A stretch of 64,000 bases of DNA from Thainema sp. (GTDB lineage: Bacteria; Cyanobacteriota; Cyanobacteriia; Phormidesmidales; Phormidesmidaceae). The notes beneath the pieces are model-generated. The model saw nothing but the letters and a program-made list of their open reading frames with translations, was not told the DNA's origin and made no database searches. Positions 30,319 through 41,074 of this stretch are shown here, in pieces. Made by a program: the position numbers and the translations under genes. The DNA is taken from NCBI GenBank assembly GCA_052168235.1, contig JBQLZK010000005.1, positions 107,018-171,017 on the forward strand, written 5' to 3'. The stretch's first letter is position 1; every line of letters starts with the position of its first letter.

Positions 30319-31506
30319 ATGCGGATTCTGGTGTTAGCTTGGGAGTTTCCCCCCCGGATTGTGGGCGGGATTTCTCGTCATGTCGCCGAACTGTATCCTG
30401 AACTGGTCAACTTGGGACATGAGGTGCATTTAATGACCGTTGAGTTTGGCACCGCTCCTCATTACGAAGTTGTGGATGGCATGCATGTGCATCGCGTGAA
30501 GGTAGGACCAAGCCACGACTTTTTTCACTGGGTCAACAACATGAACCAGAGCATGGGGCATCAGGGCGGCCAGCTTCTGCTCGATCAAGGCCCGTTTGAT
30601 GTGATTCATGCCCATGATTGGCTAGTGGGTGATGCTGCGATCGCACTTAAAGAGCATTTTAAAGTACCGCTCATTTCCACGATTCACGCTACGGAATTTG
30701 GTCGCTACAATGGCCTGTTTGACCCGACGCATCACTACATTGCCAGTCGAGAAGGGATTTTAATTTACAACTCGTGGCGCGTGATTGTCTGCACTGACTA
30801 CATGCGACGAGAAGTGGAACGTGCTTTAGCTTGCCCCTGGGATAAGGTAGACGTGATCTACAACGGCATCCGACCGGAGAAGAAACACACGCCACCGGAC
30901 TTTGATCACGCCGCTTTTCGAAGTAAATTCGCTGGAGCCGACGAAAAAATTGTCTACTATGTGGGGCGGATGGCCTACGAGAAAGGTGTCCATGTCTTGG
31001 TGGAAGCGGCTCCGAAAATTGTGTGGGCAATGGGCGGTCAGGTCAAGTTCGTCATTATTGGCGGCGGTAATACCGATCATCTGAAGCGCATGGCCTGGGA
31101 TATGGGCCTCTGGCACAAGTTTTATTTCACGGGCTTTATGCCGGATGATGTTTTGGACAAGTTTCAGGTCGTGGCCGACTGCGCGGTGTTTCCTAGTCTG
31201 TATGAACCCTTTGGCATTGTGGCCTTAGAGAGTTTTGCCGCCCGCGTGCCTGTCGTCGTCTCTGACACGGGCGGTTTACCGGAAGTGGTACAGCACGGCA
31301 AAACGGGTACGATTACTTACACGCATAATCCGGATTCGCTGGCCTGGGGCATTCTCAAGGTGCTGAAAGATCCGGACTATGCCCAACATCTCGTGGCAAA
31401 TGCCTACGCTGATTTGGATCAGCGCTTTAGCTGGCCGAAAATCGCCAAACAGACAGAATCGGTTTACAAACGGGTGGTAAAAGAGCGATTGCGATCAGAT
31501 TGGTAA
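30319..31506 (+). CDS. Glycosyltransferase family 4
   Basis: WEFPPRIVGG, HAHDW, PSLYEPFGIVALE. Confidence 0.93.
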   Translation: MRILVLAWEFPPRIVGGISRHVAELYPELVNLGHEVHLMTVEFGTAPHYEVVDGMHVHRVKVGPSHDFFHWVNNMNQSMGHQGGQLLLDQGPFDVIHAHDWLVGDAAIALKEHFKVPLISTIHATEFGRYNGLFDPTHHYIASREGILIYNSWRVIVCTDYMRREVERALACPWDKVDVIYNGIRPEKKHTPPDFDHAAFRSKFAGADEKIVYYVGRMAYEKGVHVLVEAAPKIVWAMGGQVKFVIIGGGNTDHLKRMAWDMGLWHKFYFTGFMPDDVLDKFQVVADCAVFPSLYEPFGIVALESFAARVPVVVSDTGGLPEVVQHGKTGTITYTHNPDSLAWGILKVLKDPDYAQHLVANAYADLDQRFSWPKIAKQTESVYKRVVKERLRSDW

Positions 31507-31553
31507 ATCATTCGACAGATAAACCCCACATTTCGATTTTCAACCCATACCCC

Positions 31554-31624
31554 GTAGGGGCGATGCATTTGGCCGATACGTTTATTTTTAGAAACGAAAT
31601 GTCGCCCAAATGCATCGCCCCTAC
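31554..31624. repeat. GTAG-type REP pair with 19-bp arms
   Basis: GTAGGGGCGATGCATTTGG-N33-CCAAATGCATCGCCCCTAC. Confidence 0.8.
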
Positions 31625-31680
31625 AGTTCTATCCTCTTTGCGTTTTAATGAGGGCAGATGCACACCGGGGGAGGTGAGCA

Positions 31681-34224
31681 ATGGAACATGCAGAACAGGT
31701 GCAGTGGCTACGAGAAAGCACCCTTTTTCAGTCGCTATCAGACGAAGCATTAGGTGCGATCGCACATTCTTACATCGAAGAAACCATTCAGGAAAATCGG
31801 CGCTTAGTCTTGGAAGACACGCTGCCGGAAGCGCTGTATATCCTCAAAGCAGGCTATTTGGAGCAATATCGCACGACGAAAGATACTCCAGCGCAGGTGA
31901 TTAACTTGCTGCCCGGATCGGTACTGTATCTCAAAGAACTGGTGCTGGATCAGGCGGCGGAGCAAACAACAGTGACGCTGACGGACTGCACGTTTTGGAA
32001 AATTCCGCGTGATGCCGTTAAAGAATTGGCGGAACAGTATCCTGCGATCGCACAAATTGTCACTCGTCAACTAGCCCAAAAATTAGATGAAGTCTCGGCG
32101 CAGCTTTCCTATGAGCAGGAGCGCCAAGCTGAGCTACGTCCATATCTGGTTCCCAAAGCGGATCGGGGCGTCGTAGGTTCTAGCCGCTACGCTAAACGGT
32201 TACGGCAGGAAATCAAGAAGGCTTCGGCTCAAGGGGAGGAACCGGGAAAGCACAACGTGCTGATTTTCGGTGAACCCGGTTTGAACAAAGATGTCCTAGC
32301 GGCGCTGATTCACTTTGGCTCGAAGCGGCGACGCGAACCGATGATCAAGCTTAACTGCGAAACGCTACAGGCCAGCGGAGCTGAACTGTTCGGTCGCGCA
32401 GGCGGCAAACCGGGGCTGATTGAATGGTTAGGTGACGGGACGCTGTTGCTCAACAATATTCAGGAAGTGCCAAAGGAGCTGCGGCCCAAGCTGCTTAACC
32501 TGTTGGAAACCGGAACCTATCAGCCTGTTGCTCGCCCCGACAGTCCACCGCCGTCAACCAAAACCTGTCAAGCCCGTATCCTGATGACGGCTGAGCGGAT
32601 TTTGCCGGATTTTGACTGCAAATCACGGGTTGAGCAAACAATTAAAGTGCCACCGCTGCGGGTTCGAAAGGCCGATATTGCCACCCAAGCGCAGTATTAC
32701 CTCAGTCTGTTTTGCCGCACCAAAAGCATTGCAAAACCCCGGATTACCCCCGAAGCGATTCGTCGTCTGCAAAGCTACGATTTTCCCGGTAATTCGTCTG
32801 AGCTAAAAAGCCTGATCGAGCGGGCAGTGATCCAGGCCGATGGCGCGACGGAGCTGACCGAAGAAGTCTTTTGGTCAACCAGTCCCAAGGGCCGCCGCTT
32901 TCGGTTCAATCTGCTCAATGGCTATCCTAAACTGCGCCAGTTCTTACGCAGCCCTTGGTGGCCGGATCGGATTAACTACTGGTTTGTCACAGTAGCGTTT
33001 GCGCTAGTCGTTGTCATTTTGTTTCTGGGGCCGCAGACCCGCGAGGCCAATATTGGCCTAAACCTGTTCTGGGCCTGGTGGTGGCCCGTGATGCTGCTGA
33101 TTTTTCCTTTTCTAGGTCGGATTTGGTGCTCGGTTTGCCCATTCATGGTCTACGGCGAAATTGCCCAGAAGGTATCGCTCAAATTCTGGCCGCGTCGGCT
33201 CAAACCCTGGCCGCGTCAGGATGCCGATCGCTGGGGCGCATGGTTCCTGGTTAGCCTCTTTGCGCTGATTTTTCTGTGGGAAGAACTGTGGAATTTGGAG
33301 AATACCGCTTACCTGTCGGCTTGCTTACTCTTGCTGATCACTGCCGGAGCCGTTATTTTCTCGCTGCTGTTTGAGCGGCGGTTTTGGTGTCGCTATCTCT
33401 GTCCTATCGGCGGCATGAATGGCCTCTACGCCAAGCTGTCGATGACTGAGCTGCGGGCACAACAGGGCATTTGCTCCGCTTCCTGCACAACTTATCAGTG
33501 CTACAAAGGTGGCTCCGAAAAAGGCGAGGGTCAGGCCACTGGCGGCTGTCCCATCTACTCCCATCCAGCGCAACTGGTGGAAAATAAGGACTGCGTTCTC
33601 TGTATGACTTGCCTGAAAGCCTGTCCCCATCGGTCAGTGGAACTGAACCTGCGGCCACCAGGGATTGAGCTGTGGACAACCCACAAGCCCACCTATGCCG
33701 AAGTGGCGCTGCTGTTTTTACTCTTTGGCGGCATCTTTTTGCATCGCCTGCCCGAAATTGAGCAGCAGTTTGGCTGGAACCTGCATTTGCAGAACTTTGC
33801 GGCTCACGCTGGGGTTTCCCTAGCCGTTTTGTTTGTCCCGGTCGCAGTTGCCCTACTGGCCTACGGCCTCATGCGCGGTGTCCAATCCAGGCCCAAACCG
33901 TTTATTGAACTCGCCTACGGCTACTTGCCGCTGGTGCTCTGCGGTACGCTAGCACATTACTTACGCTTAGGCTTATCCGAAGCTGGCCGAGTTGTTCCGG
34001 TCACCCTCGCGACGTTTGGGCTTAATGGAGTGGGAATGCCAATTGCGATCGCAGATCCAATTATCATCGCCTTTCTGCAAGGCGTAGTACTGATCCTCGG
34101 CGTTTGGCTCACCATCTTTCTCAGCCAGAAAATTGCCCGTCAATCATTCTGGCTGATACTGCCTCAGCACCTAGCTGCGATCGCGCTCGGCACAACTCTC
34201 TGGAAAATCATCGTCGGCTGGTAA
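31681..34224 (+). CDS. cNMP-binding / degenerate sigma54-activator AAA+ / membrane 4Fe-4S fusion protein
   Basis: N-terminal CAP-like domain; GEPGLNKD, ELFG, PPLRVR, YDFPGN; WCSVCP, WCRYLCP, CVLCMTCLKACP. Confidence 0.85.
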   Translation: MEHAEQVQWLRESTLFQSLSDEALGAIAHSYIEETIQENRRLVLEDTLPEALYILKAGYLEQYRTTKDTPAQVINLLPGSVLYLKELVLDQAAEQTTVTLTDCTFWKIPRDAVKELAEQYPAIAQIVTRQLAQKLDEVSAQLSYEQERQAELRPYLVPKADRGVVGSSRYAKRLRQEIKKASAQGEEPGKHNVLIFGEPGLNKDVLAALIHFGSKRRREPMIKLNCETLQASGAELFGRAGGKPGLIEWLGDGTLLLNNIQEVPKELRPKLLNLLETGTYQPVARPDSPPPSTKTCQARILMTAERILPDFDCKSRVEQTIKVPPLRVRKADIATQAQYYLSLFCRTKSIAKPRITPEAIRRLQSYDFPGNSSELKSLIERAVIQADGATELTEEVFWSTSPKGRRFRFNLLNGYPKLRQFLRSPWWPDRINYWFVTVAFALVVVILFLGPQTREANIGLNLFWAWWWPVMLLIFPFLGRIWCSVCPFMVYGEIAQKVSLKFWPRRLKPWPRQDADRWGAWFLVSLFALIFLWEELWNLENTAYLSACLLLLITAGAVIFSLLFERRFWCRYLCPIGGMNGLYAKLSMTELRAQQGICSASCTTYQCYKGGSEKGEGQATGGCPIYSHPAQLVENKDCVLCMTCLKACPHRSVELNLRPPGIELWTTHKPTYAEVALLFLLFGGIFLHRLPEIEQQFGWNLHLQNFAAHAGVSLAVLFVPVAVALLAYGLMRGVQSRPKPFIELAYGYLPLVLCGTLAHYLRLGLSEAGRVVPVTLATFGLNGVGMPIAIADPIIIAFLQGVVLILGVWLTIFLSQKIARQSFWLILPQHLAAIALGTTLWKIIVGW

Positions 34225-34250
34225 ACCCACATTTTGTACCAAAACCCGAA

Positions 34251-34291
34251 GAGAGCATTTTGCCGCCGCAATGCGGCGGCAAAATGCTCTC
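34251..34291. repeat. Perfect 20-bp-arm palindrome
   Basis: GAGAGCATTTTGCCGCCGCA-a-reverse complement. Confidence 0.75.
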
Positions 34292-34490
34292 CTGGGTTCT
34301 TAATTTGCAAAGTGCGCGATGTTAGTAAAACGAGCGTTATGAAGTGCTGAGTGCTGAGTAACTGCAATACGCCTTACTCCTCACGCTTCTCGCCTCCCTT
34401 TCTAAGCCAACAAAAAAGGACTGGCAGCGCCAGCCCAGAAGTTAGGGGATTGAAAGGAGACTTGAGTTGTTTAGGAGCATCAAGCAGATA

Positions 34491-34883
34491 TTAGATAATG
34501 CCAGTGCCTTTGCCGCGTTCATCATGGCCCATCGTCAATTCACCGTCTTTATCGGTGTCGTTAACTTCTTCCAGTTCTTGCGCTCGCCGAGCTTCGTCCT
34601 CCTGCTCTTCCTGGCGTAGATCACCGGGTTCATTGACATACATTTCCGGCTCAATCGCAAAGTTATCAATCAAGCCTTCTTTGTCCGTCGTGTAGCCATC
34701 GGTGGTATGAACGCTGTCATCATCGGCAGCGGGTTTATCGCCTTCGTTGGGAATATGTTTGTAATTTTGCCCTTCTCGCTCTCGTCGCGCAGCCGTTTCG
34801 GCTGGAGTAATATGGGGATCGTAATTTTCTTGTTGACGAGGCGTCGTACCTGCAGCTTTATCGGGTGTTTGGGCGTTAGACAT
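34491..34883 (-). CDS. Acidic hydrophilic hypothetical protein
   Basis: AGGAG RBS; PAETAAR, TTDGYT, NFAIEPEMY motifs. Confidence 0.7.
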   Translation of the reverse strand: MSNAQTPDKAAGTTPRQQENYDPHITPAETAARREREGQNYKHIPNEGDKPAADDDSVHTTDGYTTDKEGLIDNFAIEPEMYVNEPGDLRQEEQEDEARRAQELEEVNDTDKDGELTMGHDERGKGTGII

Positions 34884-35692
34884 GTATGAAACTCCTTTGG
34901 ATGTTTCGTGAATTTGTTAAACAGTTGGTGGTGTCTCGGTAATGTTTTTTGCTATGCAAGCTCAGCCTGTACAACGAAATCATTACCGATTAGAAACCAC
35001 TAAAAAGGGAGAAATAAAAGCCATTGCAAAAAATCAGCATAAGCAGTTAGGAAAAATAACTGTATGTGAGACGCAACGTATTAAATGAGCTTTTGAAAAC
35101 CAAAAGTTATTGCTTATTTCATCTTCAACAATAGGTTCTTCTACCCAAGCCATGAATCCGTGCAGCGGTAGATCCTGCCCTCTATCCTCGGATCAGATAA
35201 ATTTAGATGTCTCTATGCCTAAAGACCAGTGCGATCGCACTATCCCATCATCCGATCTGATAGCAAAAAACCGAATACATTAAGGATTACAGGGATTAAC
35301 TCAGTACAGGCTGTTGCGGAAAGGTCAACCCTTACCGTTTGCTCTGTATCCGTCCAATCTGTAGTCCTTCGGGCTGTTGAACTGCCCGTATCGGCAGCTC
35401 TCAGCAGTGGTGTCATGAGCCAATGTGCTTGAATAGGGTTATCGCCAAAGGTTGCTCCTTTACCATAGAAAGACGGGCTGTGCTTATCGCCAATGTGTGC
35501 GATCGCAATCTTTTGGGCAAACTCCAGCCCATTTGGTAACAAATCATTCAACTTTCAGGGGTTGCTTCTTGGCACTCTAGCGAGTGTCACCAACCGCTTA
35601 AGAAATCGTCATCGCAAAAAAATTGTCCTTGCCAAAAATGCTAAAGTTGACGAAATTTCTGCCTTCCTATCTATTGCCAGTTTGAATACCAC

Positions 35693-37714
35693 ATGAATGA
35701 CACTATCCTCGACGTTCGCCATCTCACGGTTGACTTCCAGACTGATGAACGCCTGGTTCGGGCGGTCGATGATGTTTCATTTCAGGTTAAACGGGGACAA
35801 ACCGTTGGCATCGTAGGCGAATCCGGTTCAGGCAAATCGGTCACGTCTCTGGCGGTAATGGGGCTGGTGCCAAATCCACCGGGACGAGTAACGAGTGGCG
35901 AAATCTGGTTCAAAGGGCTGGAAGCCGAGGGCAATGCCATCGATCTGCTGAAGCTGCCGTCTGAAGATATGCAAAAGTTTCGCGGCGGTCAGATCTCCAT
36001 GATTTTTCAGGAACCGATGAGTTCGCTGAATCCGGTCTATACCTGTGGTTATCAGCTCGCTGAGGCGATTCAACTGCATCAGGATGTAGGCAAATCGGAA
36101 GCTCGCCGCAAAGCGATCGCACTTTTACAAGAGGTGCAGTTAATCCAATCCGACGATGAGCTGTGGAAGCAGCACTTGATTGAGCGGAACTTAGTCAACA
36201 TTGCCGATGTGGATGAAAGTTTCAGTGCTGAACCGACTGCGCCAGTGGATCCGTTCGAAACTTCCGTACAAGTTGTCGAATCCGATCGCTTACAAGTCGC
36301 AATTGATCGGTTAAGCGATCGCGATCGTACCGAAATCCAGCAAGAAATTAATCGCTACAAGCAATCGTTTCTAGATCGCTATCCCCATGAGCTATCGGGG
36401 GGACAAATTCAGCGGGTGATGATCGCCATGTCGATCTCCTGCAATCCCTCGCTGCTGATTGCCGATGAGCCGACCACGGCGCTGGATGTGACCGTGCAGG
36501 CCCGCATTTTGGACTTGATGCGAGAATTGCGCGATCGCAGAGGCATGTCCCTCATGTTCATCACTCACGACCTCAGTATTGTGGCCGAAATTGCTGACAT
36601 GGTGGTGGTGATGTACCAGGGTAAAATCGTCGAGTACGGCACCGTTTGGGATATCTTCTCCAACCCTCAGCACCCCTATACCAAAGGGCTACTGGCCTGC
36701 CGCCCTCAGCCGGATAAGCGCTTGCGCTATCTGCCCACCATTGCCGACTTTATGGAAGAGGTGGAAACGCCCACGGGGAAAATCCAAATCCAAGAGCGCC
36801 AAATCTCGGTAGCCGAGGCGGAAAAACTCAACGATCCGATTTCCGAAGCCGAAACGCGCCAGCGTCTAGAAGAACTCAAAAAGCGCGAACCGCTGGTGCG
36901 AGTGGAAGATTTCAAAGTAGCCTTCCCCGTACGTGGCTTGTTTGGGCAGGCCAAGCGCCACATCATGGCCGTCGATGGCGTGTCGTTCCAGGTAAATCGC
37001 GGTGAGACGCTGGGACTGGTGGGCGAATCCGGCTGCGGCAAAACTACGCTGTCTCGCGCCTTACTAAAGCTGGTGCGACCGTCCGGTGGCCGAGTCTGGT
37101 TTGAAGGACGAGAAGTCACCAACGTCAGCGGACGGGCGCTGCGGCAACTGCGGCGCGATATGCAAATCATTTTCCAAGATCCATTTAGCTCTCTCGATCC
37201 GCGCATGACCGTTGGTGCAGCCATCATGGAGCCACTGCGGATTCACGGTGTCGGTAAAAGCAAGCGCAACCGTAAAGAACGCACCGCTTATTTACTGGAG
37301 CGGGTCGGGCTAAACCCAAACTGCATGAATCGCTACCCCCACGAGTTTTCCGGCGGTCAGCGGCAGCGAATTTGTGTGGCGCGAGCCTTGGCGCTCAATC
37401 CCAAATTTATTATCTGCGACGAATCCGTATCAGCTCTAGACGTATCAGTGCAGGCCCAGGTACTCAACTTGCTGAAAGAACTCCAGCAGGAGTTTGACCT
37501 CACCTATATCTTCATCTCTCACGATCTGAGCGTCGTCGAATTCATGAGCGATCGCATTATGGTGATGAACGATGGCAAGATTGAGGAAACTGGCCCCGCA
37601 GGCGAGATTTACTATCATCCCAGCCAGCCCTATACGCAACGGCTGATTGCCTCCATTCCAGTCGGCAGTTTAGAGCGCATCAAAGAACAGCAGATGGGCC
37701 GCATGGTGAGCTAA
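35693..37714 (+). CDS. Peptide/nickel ABC transporter double-ATPase subunit
   Basis: Two NBDs ([16 protein letters not shown]), two YPHE-SGGQ motifs, HPYT motif. Confidence 0.93.
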   Translation: MNDTILDVRHLTVDFQTDERLVRAVDDVSFQVKRGQTVGIVGESGSGKSVTSLAVMGLVPNPPGRVTSGEIWFKGLEAEGNAIDLLKLPSEDMQKFRGGQISMIFQEPMSSLNPVYTCGYQLAEAIQLHQDVGKSEARRKAIALLQEVQLIQSDDELWKQHLIERNLVNIADVDESFSAEPTAPVDPFETSVQVVESDRLQVAIDRLSDRDRTEIQQEINRYKQSFLDRYPHELSGGQIQRVMIAMSISCNPSLLIADEPTTALDVTVQARILDLMRELRDRRGMSLMFITHDLSIVAEIADMVVVMYQGKIVEYGTVWDIFSNPQHPYTKGLLACRPQPDKRLRYLPTIADFMEEVETPTGKIQIQERQISVAEAEKLNDPISEAETRQRLEELKKREPLVRVEDFKVAFPVRGLFGQAKRHIMAVDGVSFQVNRGETLGLVGESGCGKTTLSRALLKLVRPSGGRVWFEGREVTNVSGRALRQLRRDMQIIFQDPFSSLDPRMTVGAAIMEPLRIHGVGKSKRNRKERTAYLLERVGLNPNCMNRYPHEFSGGQRQRICVARALALNPKFIICDESVSALDVSVQAQVLNLLKELQQEFDLTYIFISHDLSVVEFMSDRIMVMNDGKIEETGPAGEIYYHPSQPYTQRLIASIPVGSLERIKEQQMGRMVS

Positions 37715-37757
37715 TCGAAGTATGTGCTGCCGCGACGCGGCAGCACATACTTCGATT
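37713..37757. repeat. Perfect 22-bp-arm palindrome
   Basis: AATCGAAGTATGTGCTGCCGCG-a-reverse complement. Confidence 0.75.
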
Positions 37758-37885
37758 TTGGGTTTAAGTAGACTGGAGATACCGCAGGACGATAAGCCCT
37801 TCGACCTCCTTTACGATTGGTGCCAGTCCGATTTTGACGCTTTTACCCGACTGACTCTACAGCTCAATTGGCTCTGGCAAGACAG

Positions 37886-38344
37886 CTAGCGAATAAAACG
37901 ATCGAGCGCTGCTTTCAGTTCTTCGATTTCCGCTTCGATATTTCCTTCAGCGGCAGCGCGACCAATACACTCAGAGAGGTGCTCGTCGAGAATGATTCGC
38001 GCCACCCGATCGAGGGCACCGCGCACTGCCGCAATCTGCACCAAGATATCCGGGCAAGGACGACTTTCTTGCACCATTGTCTTAATGCCGCGAATATGTC
38101 CTTCTACGCGCGATAGGCGATTGACGATTTGCCGCAGCGATTCCTCGCTGTGAACATGGGGATGGGTATGGGAATGATGACCAGTCTCATCCTGCCCAGA
38201 GTCAGCATGGATGTGATCAGCAGAGACTGTGCGTTCTTGCCGATCTATAGATTTTGTAGATTTTATGGATTTAGATTTAGCTGAGGATGCACCACTCCGA
38301 GTGGAGGCGATGCGCTCAGATTCGGACGATTTTGAGGTGGTCAT
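37886..38344 (-). CDS. CsoR/RcnR family metal-sensing repressor (InrS-like)
   Basis: His-rich HHSHTHPHVH, RLSRVEGH, C..ILVQIAAV, EHLSEC. Confidence 0.9.
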   Translation of the reverse strand: MTTSKSSESERIASTRSGASSAKSKSIKSTKSIDRQERTVSADHIHADSGQDETGHHSHTHPHVHSEESLRQIVNRLSRVEGHIRGIKTMVQESRPCPDILVQIAAVRGALDRVARIILDEHLSECIGRAAAEGNIEAEIEELKAALDRFIR

Positions 38345-38391
38345 AGAAGGCAGAAAGAGGGTAGGAAAGAATCGGCAGGCCAGATGGGGTG

Positions 38392-38880
38392 CTAGTTGCG
38401 CTGGATCTCGTAAGCGGTTTCAGGAATTTCGCCCGTAAAGCCAGAGAGTTCTGCCAGTTCTCCGAGCGACTTCACCCCTGGCGAGAGCTGACCGTTAACT
38501 TCCCAGGTGGGATAGCCCTGAATATTCTTGGCTTGACACAACTCGGGCTGAGCATTTTCGCCTTCTGGGTCGCACTCGACGTAGGGAATTGCATCAACGG
38601 CATTGCCAAACTGCGCCTTCTGAGTTTGGCAGTGGGGGCACCAAAATGCACCGTACATTTGGGCTCCGCTTTCGCTGAGATGGGTCGCCAACTGCATGGG
38701 GAATGAATCACCACCAGCTGTTGAGGAGCCGCTAGCGGAACAACTAGCGACTAACCCAATGGCAAAGCCAAGGCTCAAGCCCAAAAAGCGCCGCCGCGTT
38801 TGGCTTTGCCGTCTCGCAGAGAATCGCACATTCAATCCCAGTCGCGAGGGTTGATTGGGGGGTAGTGGGTTCATCTTCAT
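38392..38880 (-). CDS. Thioredoxin-like (CPHC) putative Tat lipoprotein
   Basis: TRRRFL, LVASC lipobox, MYGAFWCPHC, YVEC, GYPTW; start uncertain. Confidence 0.75.
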   Translation of the reverse strand: MKMNPLPPNQPSRLGLNVRFSARRQSQTRRRFLGLSLGFAIGLVASCSASGSSTAGGDSFPMQLATHLSESGAQMYGAFWCPHCQTQKAQFGNAVDAIPYVECDPEGENAQPELCQAKNIQGYPTWEVNGQLSPGVKSLGELAELSGFTGEIPETAYEIQRN

Positions 38881-39084
38881 CAGAACGTAGTTGGGCGTAA
38901 TTGGGCGTAGTTGGACATCGACCAATGGCGGCAACAATGGCGGAAATCCGAATTGGACGGGTTGCCCATTGATTTGCTATCCAAGTCAATATGTTTATAT
39001 CTTGCACCTTGTTATACCCAAGACTGCTACTTTACCGCCGCGTTGCAGCGGCAGAGCGGCCCTCCTGGGTTTTAGGGCAAGATG

Positions 39085-39195
39085 TGAGTAGGAAGTGAAT
39101 AAGTAAGCTACACATATGACCTAAGAAGCCGGGGGAGCGCCCCGGAGGAGAACTCCCCCGGTTTCTTAGATGCGTTTATTTATGCAACCTACTTA
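39085..39195. repeat. MITE-like element with internal hairpin
   Basis: Imperfect TIR TGAGTAGG / CCTACTTA; inner stem CTAAGAAGCCGGGGGAG / CTCCCCCGGTTTCTTAG. Confidence 0.6.
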
Positions 39196-39265
39196 GGTTC
39201 ACTTGCATTTCTTTCTTAGACTATCGTACTGAATAGTCTCGGGTTCTTACTGAATCGCAACTGAG

Positions 39266-40504
39266 ATGACGAAGATGATAACGAAACAACGGGCTGGAAC
39301 GCTGTACAGTATGGGACAACTACTAAAACTTGCAACTATGGCAACTCGGTTTCGTCGATGGGTCAGGATGAGCGTTTTGGTGCTGATGGTTGCGATCGCA
39401 ACTCTATGCAGCCCTAGCACAGCACAAGCGCAGGTATTAGGCGCAGAAACAAACCCTGAGGCGGCACCGATTGTCCAAGATAGCTTTGTGGCTGCCGCCG
39501 TGCGTCGCGTTGGCCCCGCCGTTGTCCGCATCGATACAGAACGCACCATCACCCGTCAACCGAATCCGCTGTTTGACGATCCATTTTTTCGAGGCTTCTT
39601 TGGCGCGCCCGAAGGATTCAACGTTCCTCCTCAAGAGCGTACCCTGCAAGGCCAGGGTTCCGGTTTTATCGTGGATTTGAACGGTGATATCCTCACCAAC
39701 GCCCACGTGGTGAATAATGCTGATAAGGTGACCGTCACACTCAAAGATGGCCGCACGTTCGAGGGCACCGTGGAAGGGGTAGATCAAGTCACTGATTTAG
39801 CTGTGATTCGCATCCAAGCCGATGATCCAGATTTACCGATTGCACCACTGGGTGATTCCGACACGATTGAAGTGGGTGACTGGGCGATCGCAGTTGGCAA
39901 TCCTCTCGGTTTGGACAATACCGTTACTCTCGGCATCATCAGCACGCTCAAGCGCTCCAGTGCGACGGTCGGCATCCCCAATAAGCGTCTCGAATTTATT
40001 CAAACCGATGCGGCAATTAACCCTGGTAACTCTGGTGGCCCGCTTCTGAATGACCGAGGCGAGGTGATTGGCATCAACACCGCCATTCGCGCCGACGCGA
40101 TGGGAATTGGCTTTGCGATTCCCATTAACAAGGCGAAGGAAATTTCGTCTCAACTGATTGAAGGCAAACAGGTTGACCATCCTTATCTCGGTGTACAAAT
40201 TGCCACGCTGACGCCCGATGCGGCCAAGCGCAATAATGACGATCCCAATGCGGCCATGATGCTGCCAGAAATTGAAGGGGTTCTAGTCGTGCGCGTTTTC
40301 CCCAATACGCCTGCCGCCGAAGCCGGGATTCGTCGCGGCGATGTGCTGCAATCGATTGACGGGACACCCACTAAAAATGCTGAAGATCTGCAAAGTCTAA
40401 TTGATCACAGCCGCGTGGGTCAGCGCCTCCGAGTCCAAGTGCGTCGCGGCCAGCAAACCTTACAAGTCTCGGTTCGCACTGCAGCGTTAGAAGCCGATAG
40501 TTGA
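39266..40504 (+). CDS. hhoA: HtrA/DegP family serine protease with PDZ (HhoA-like)
   Basis: [27 protein letters not shown]; start may be 39311 or later; orthologue assignment tentative. Confidence 0.85.
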   Translation: MTKMITKQRAGTLYSMGQLLKLATMATRFRRWVRMSVLVLMVAIATLCSPSTAQAQVLGAETNPEAAPIVQDSFVAAAVRRVGPAVVRIDTERTITRQPNPLFDDPFFRGFFGAPEGFNVPPQERTLQGQGSGFIVDLNGDILTNAHVVNNADKVTVTLKDGRTFEGTVEGVDQVTDLAVIRIQADDPDLPIAPLGDSDTIEVGDWAIAVGNPLGLDNTVTLGIISTLKRSSATVGIPNKRLEFIQTDAAINPGNSGGPLLNDRGEVIGINTAIRADAMGIGFAIPINKAKEISSQLIEGKQVDHPYLGVQIATLTPDAAKRNNDDPNAAMMLPEIEGVLVVRVFPNTPAAEAGIRRGDVLQSIDGTPTKNAEDLQSLIDHSRVGQRLRVQVRRGQQTLQVSVRTAALEADS

Positions 40505-40548
40505 TGATTAGTCTCCAATCACCAAATCTGATTAGCGCATCGCCCCCC

Positions 40549-40599
40549 GTAGGTTGGCGTTGAGCCTGCGAAACCCAACAGTTCGTGGCTGTTGGGTTT
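40549..40599. repeat. GTAGGTTGG-type REP with truncated partner
   Basis: GTAGGTTGGCGTTGAGCCTGCGAAACCCAAC...GTTGGGTTT. Confidence 0.55.
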
Positions 40600-40699
40600 T
40601 AGTTTATCAAAATCGCAAATGCGGTTTTTGAATATTAAAACTGCGAACTACACTAGGGCTAGTTCCTCAATGGGAAACTATCAATGGGAAACTATAGGT

Positions 40700-41074
40700 A
40701 TGACTTTAGAGGTTAATCAAAACCCAACAATTATTCGTACAGAGCGTGGTCTAACCGTCTCAGGAACACGTATCACTCTTTACGATGTGATGGAATATAT
40801 CAAAGCGCAATATCCGCCAAAGTTTGTCCGTTCTTTGTTTGATTTAACAGAGGAGCAAATGAATACAGCTTTAGCGTATATCGAGAAGAATCAGGCTGAA
40901 GTTGAAGCAGAATATCAAGTTGTTTTGCAGCAGGCCAAGGAAACTCGGCAGTATTGGGAAGAACGCAATCGTGCTCATTTTGCTCGTATTGCAGCAATGC
41001 CTCCTAGCCCAGACAAAAACGTTCTCAGAGCCAAACTTGAGGCACAGAAGGCTCAACATGAACTAGAAGTATGA
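40700..41074 (+). CDS. DUF433 family putative antitoxin
   Basis: GTRITLYDVM, EQMNTALAYI; ATGA overlap with the next gene. Confidence 0.85.
   Translation: MTLEVNQNPTIIRTERGLTVSGTRITLYDVMEYIKAQYPPKFVRSLFDLTEEQMNTALAYIEKNQAEVEAEYQVVLQQAKETRQYWEERNRAHFARIAAMPPSPDKNVLRAKLEAQKAQHELEV

Noticed and set aside
35229..35696. Short ORFs in the divergent intergenic region
   Set aside because: No motifs, and they overlap on both strands; probably promoter DNA.
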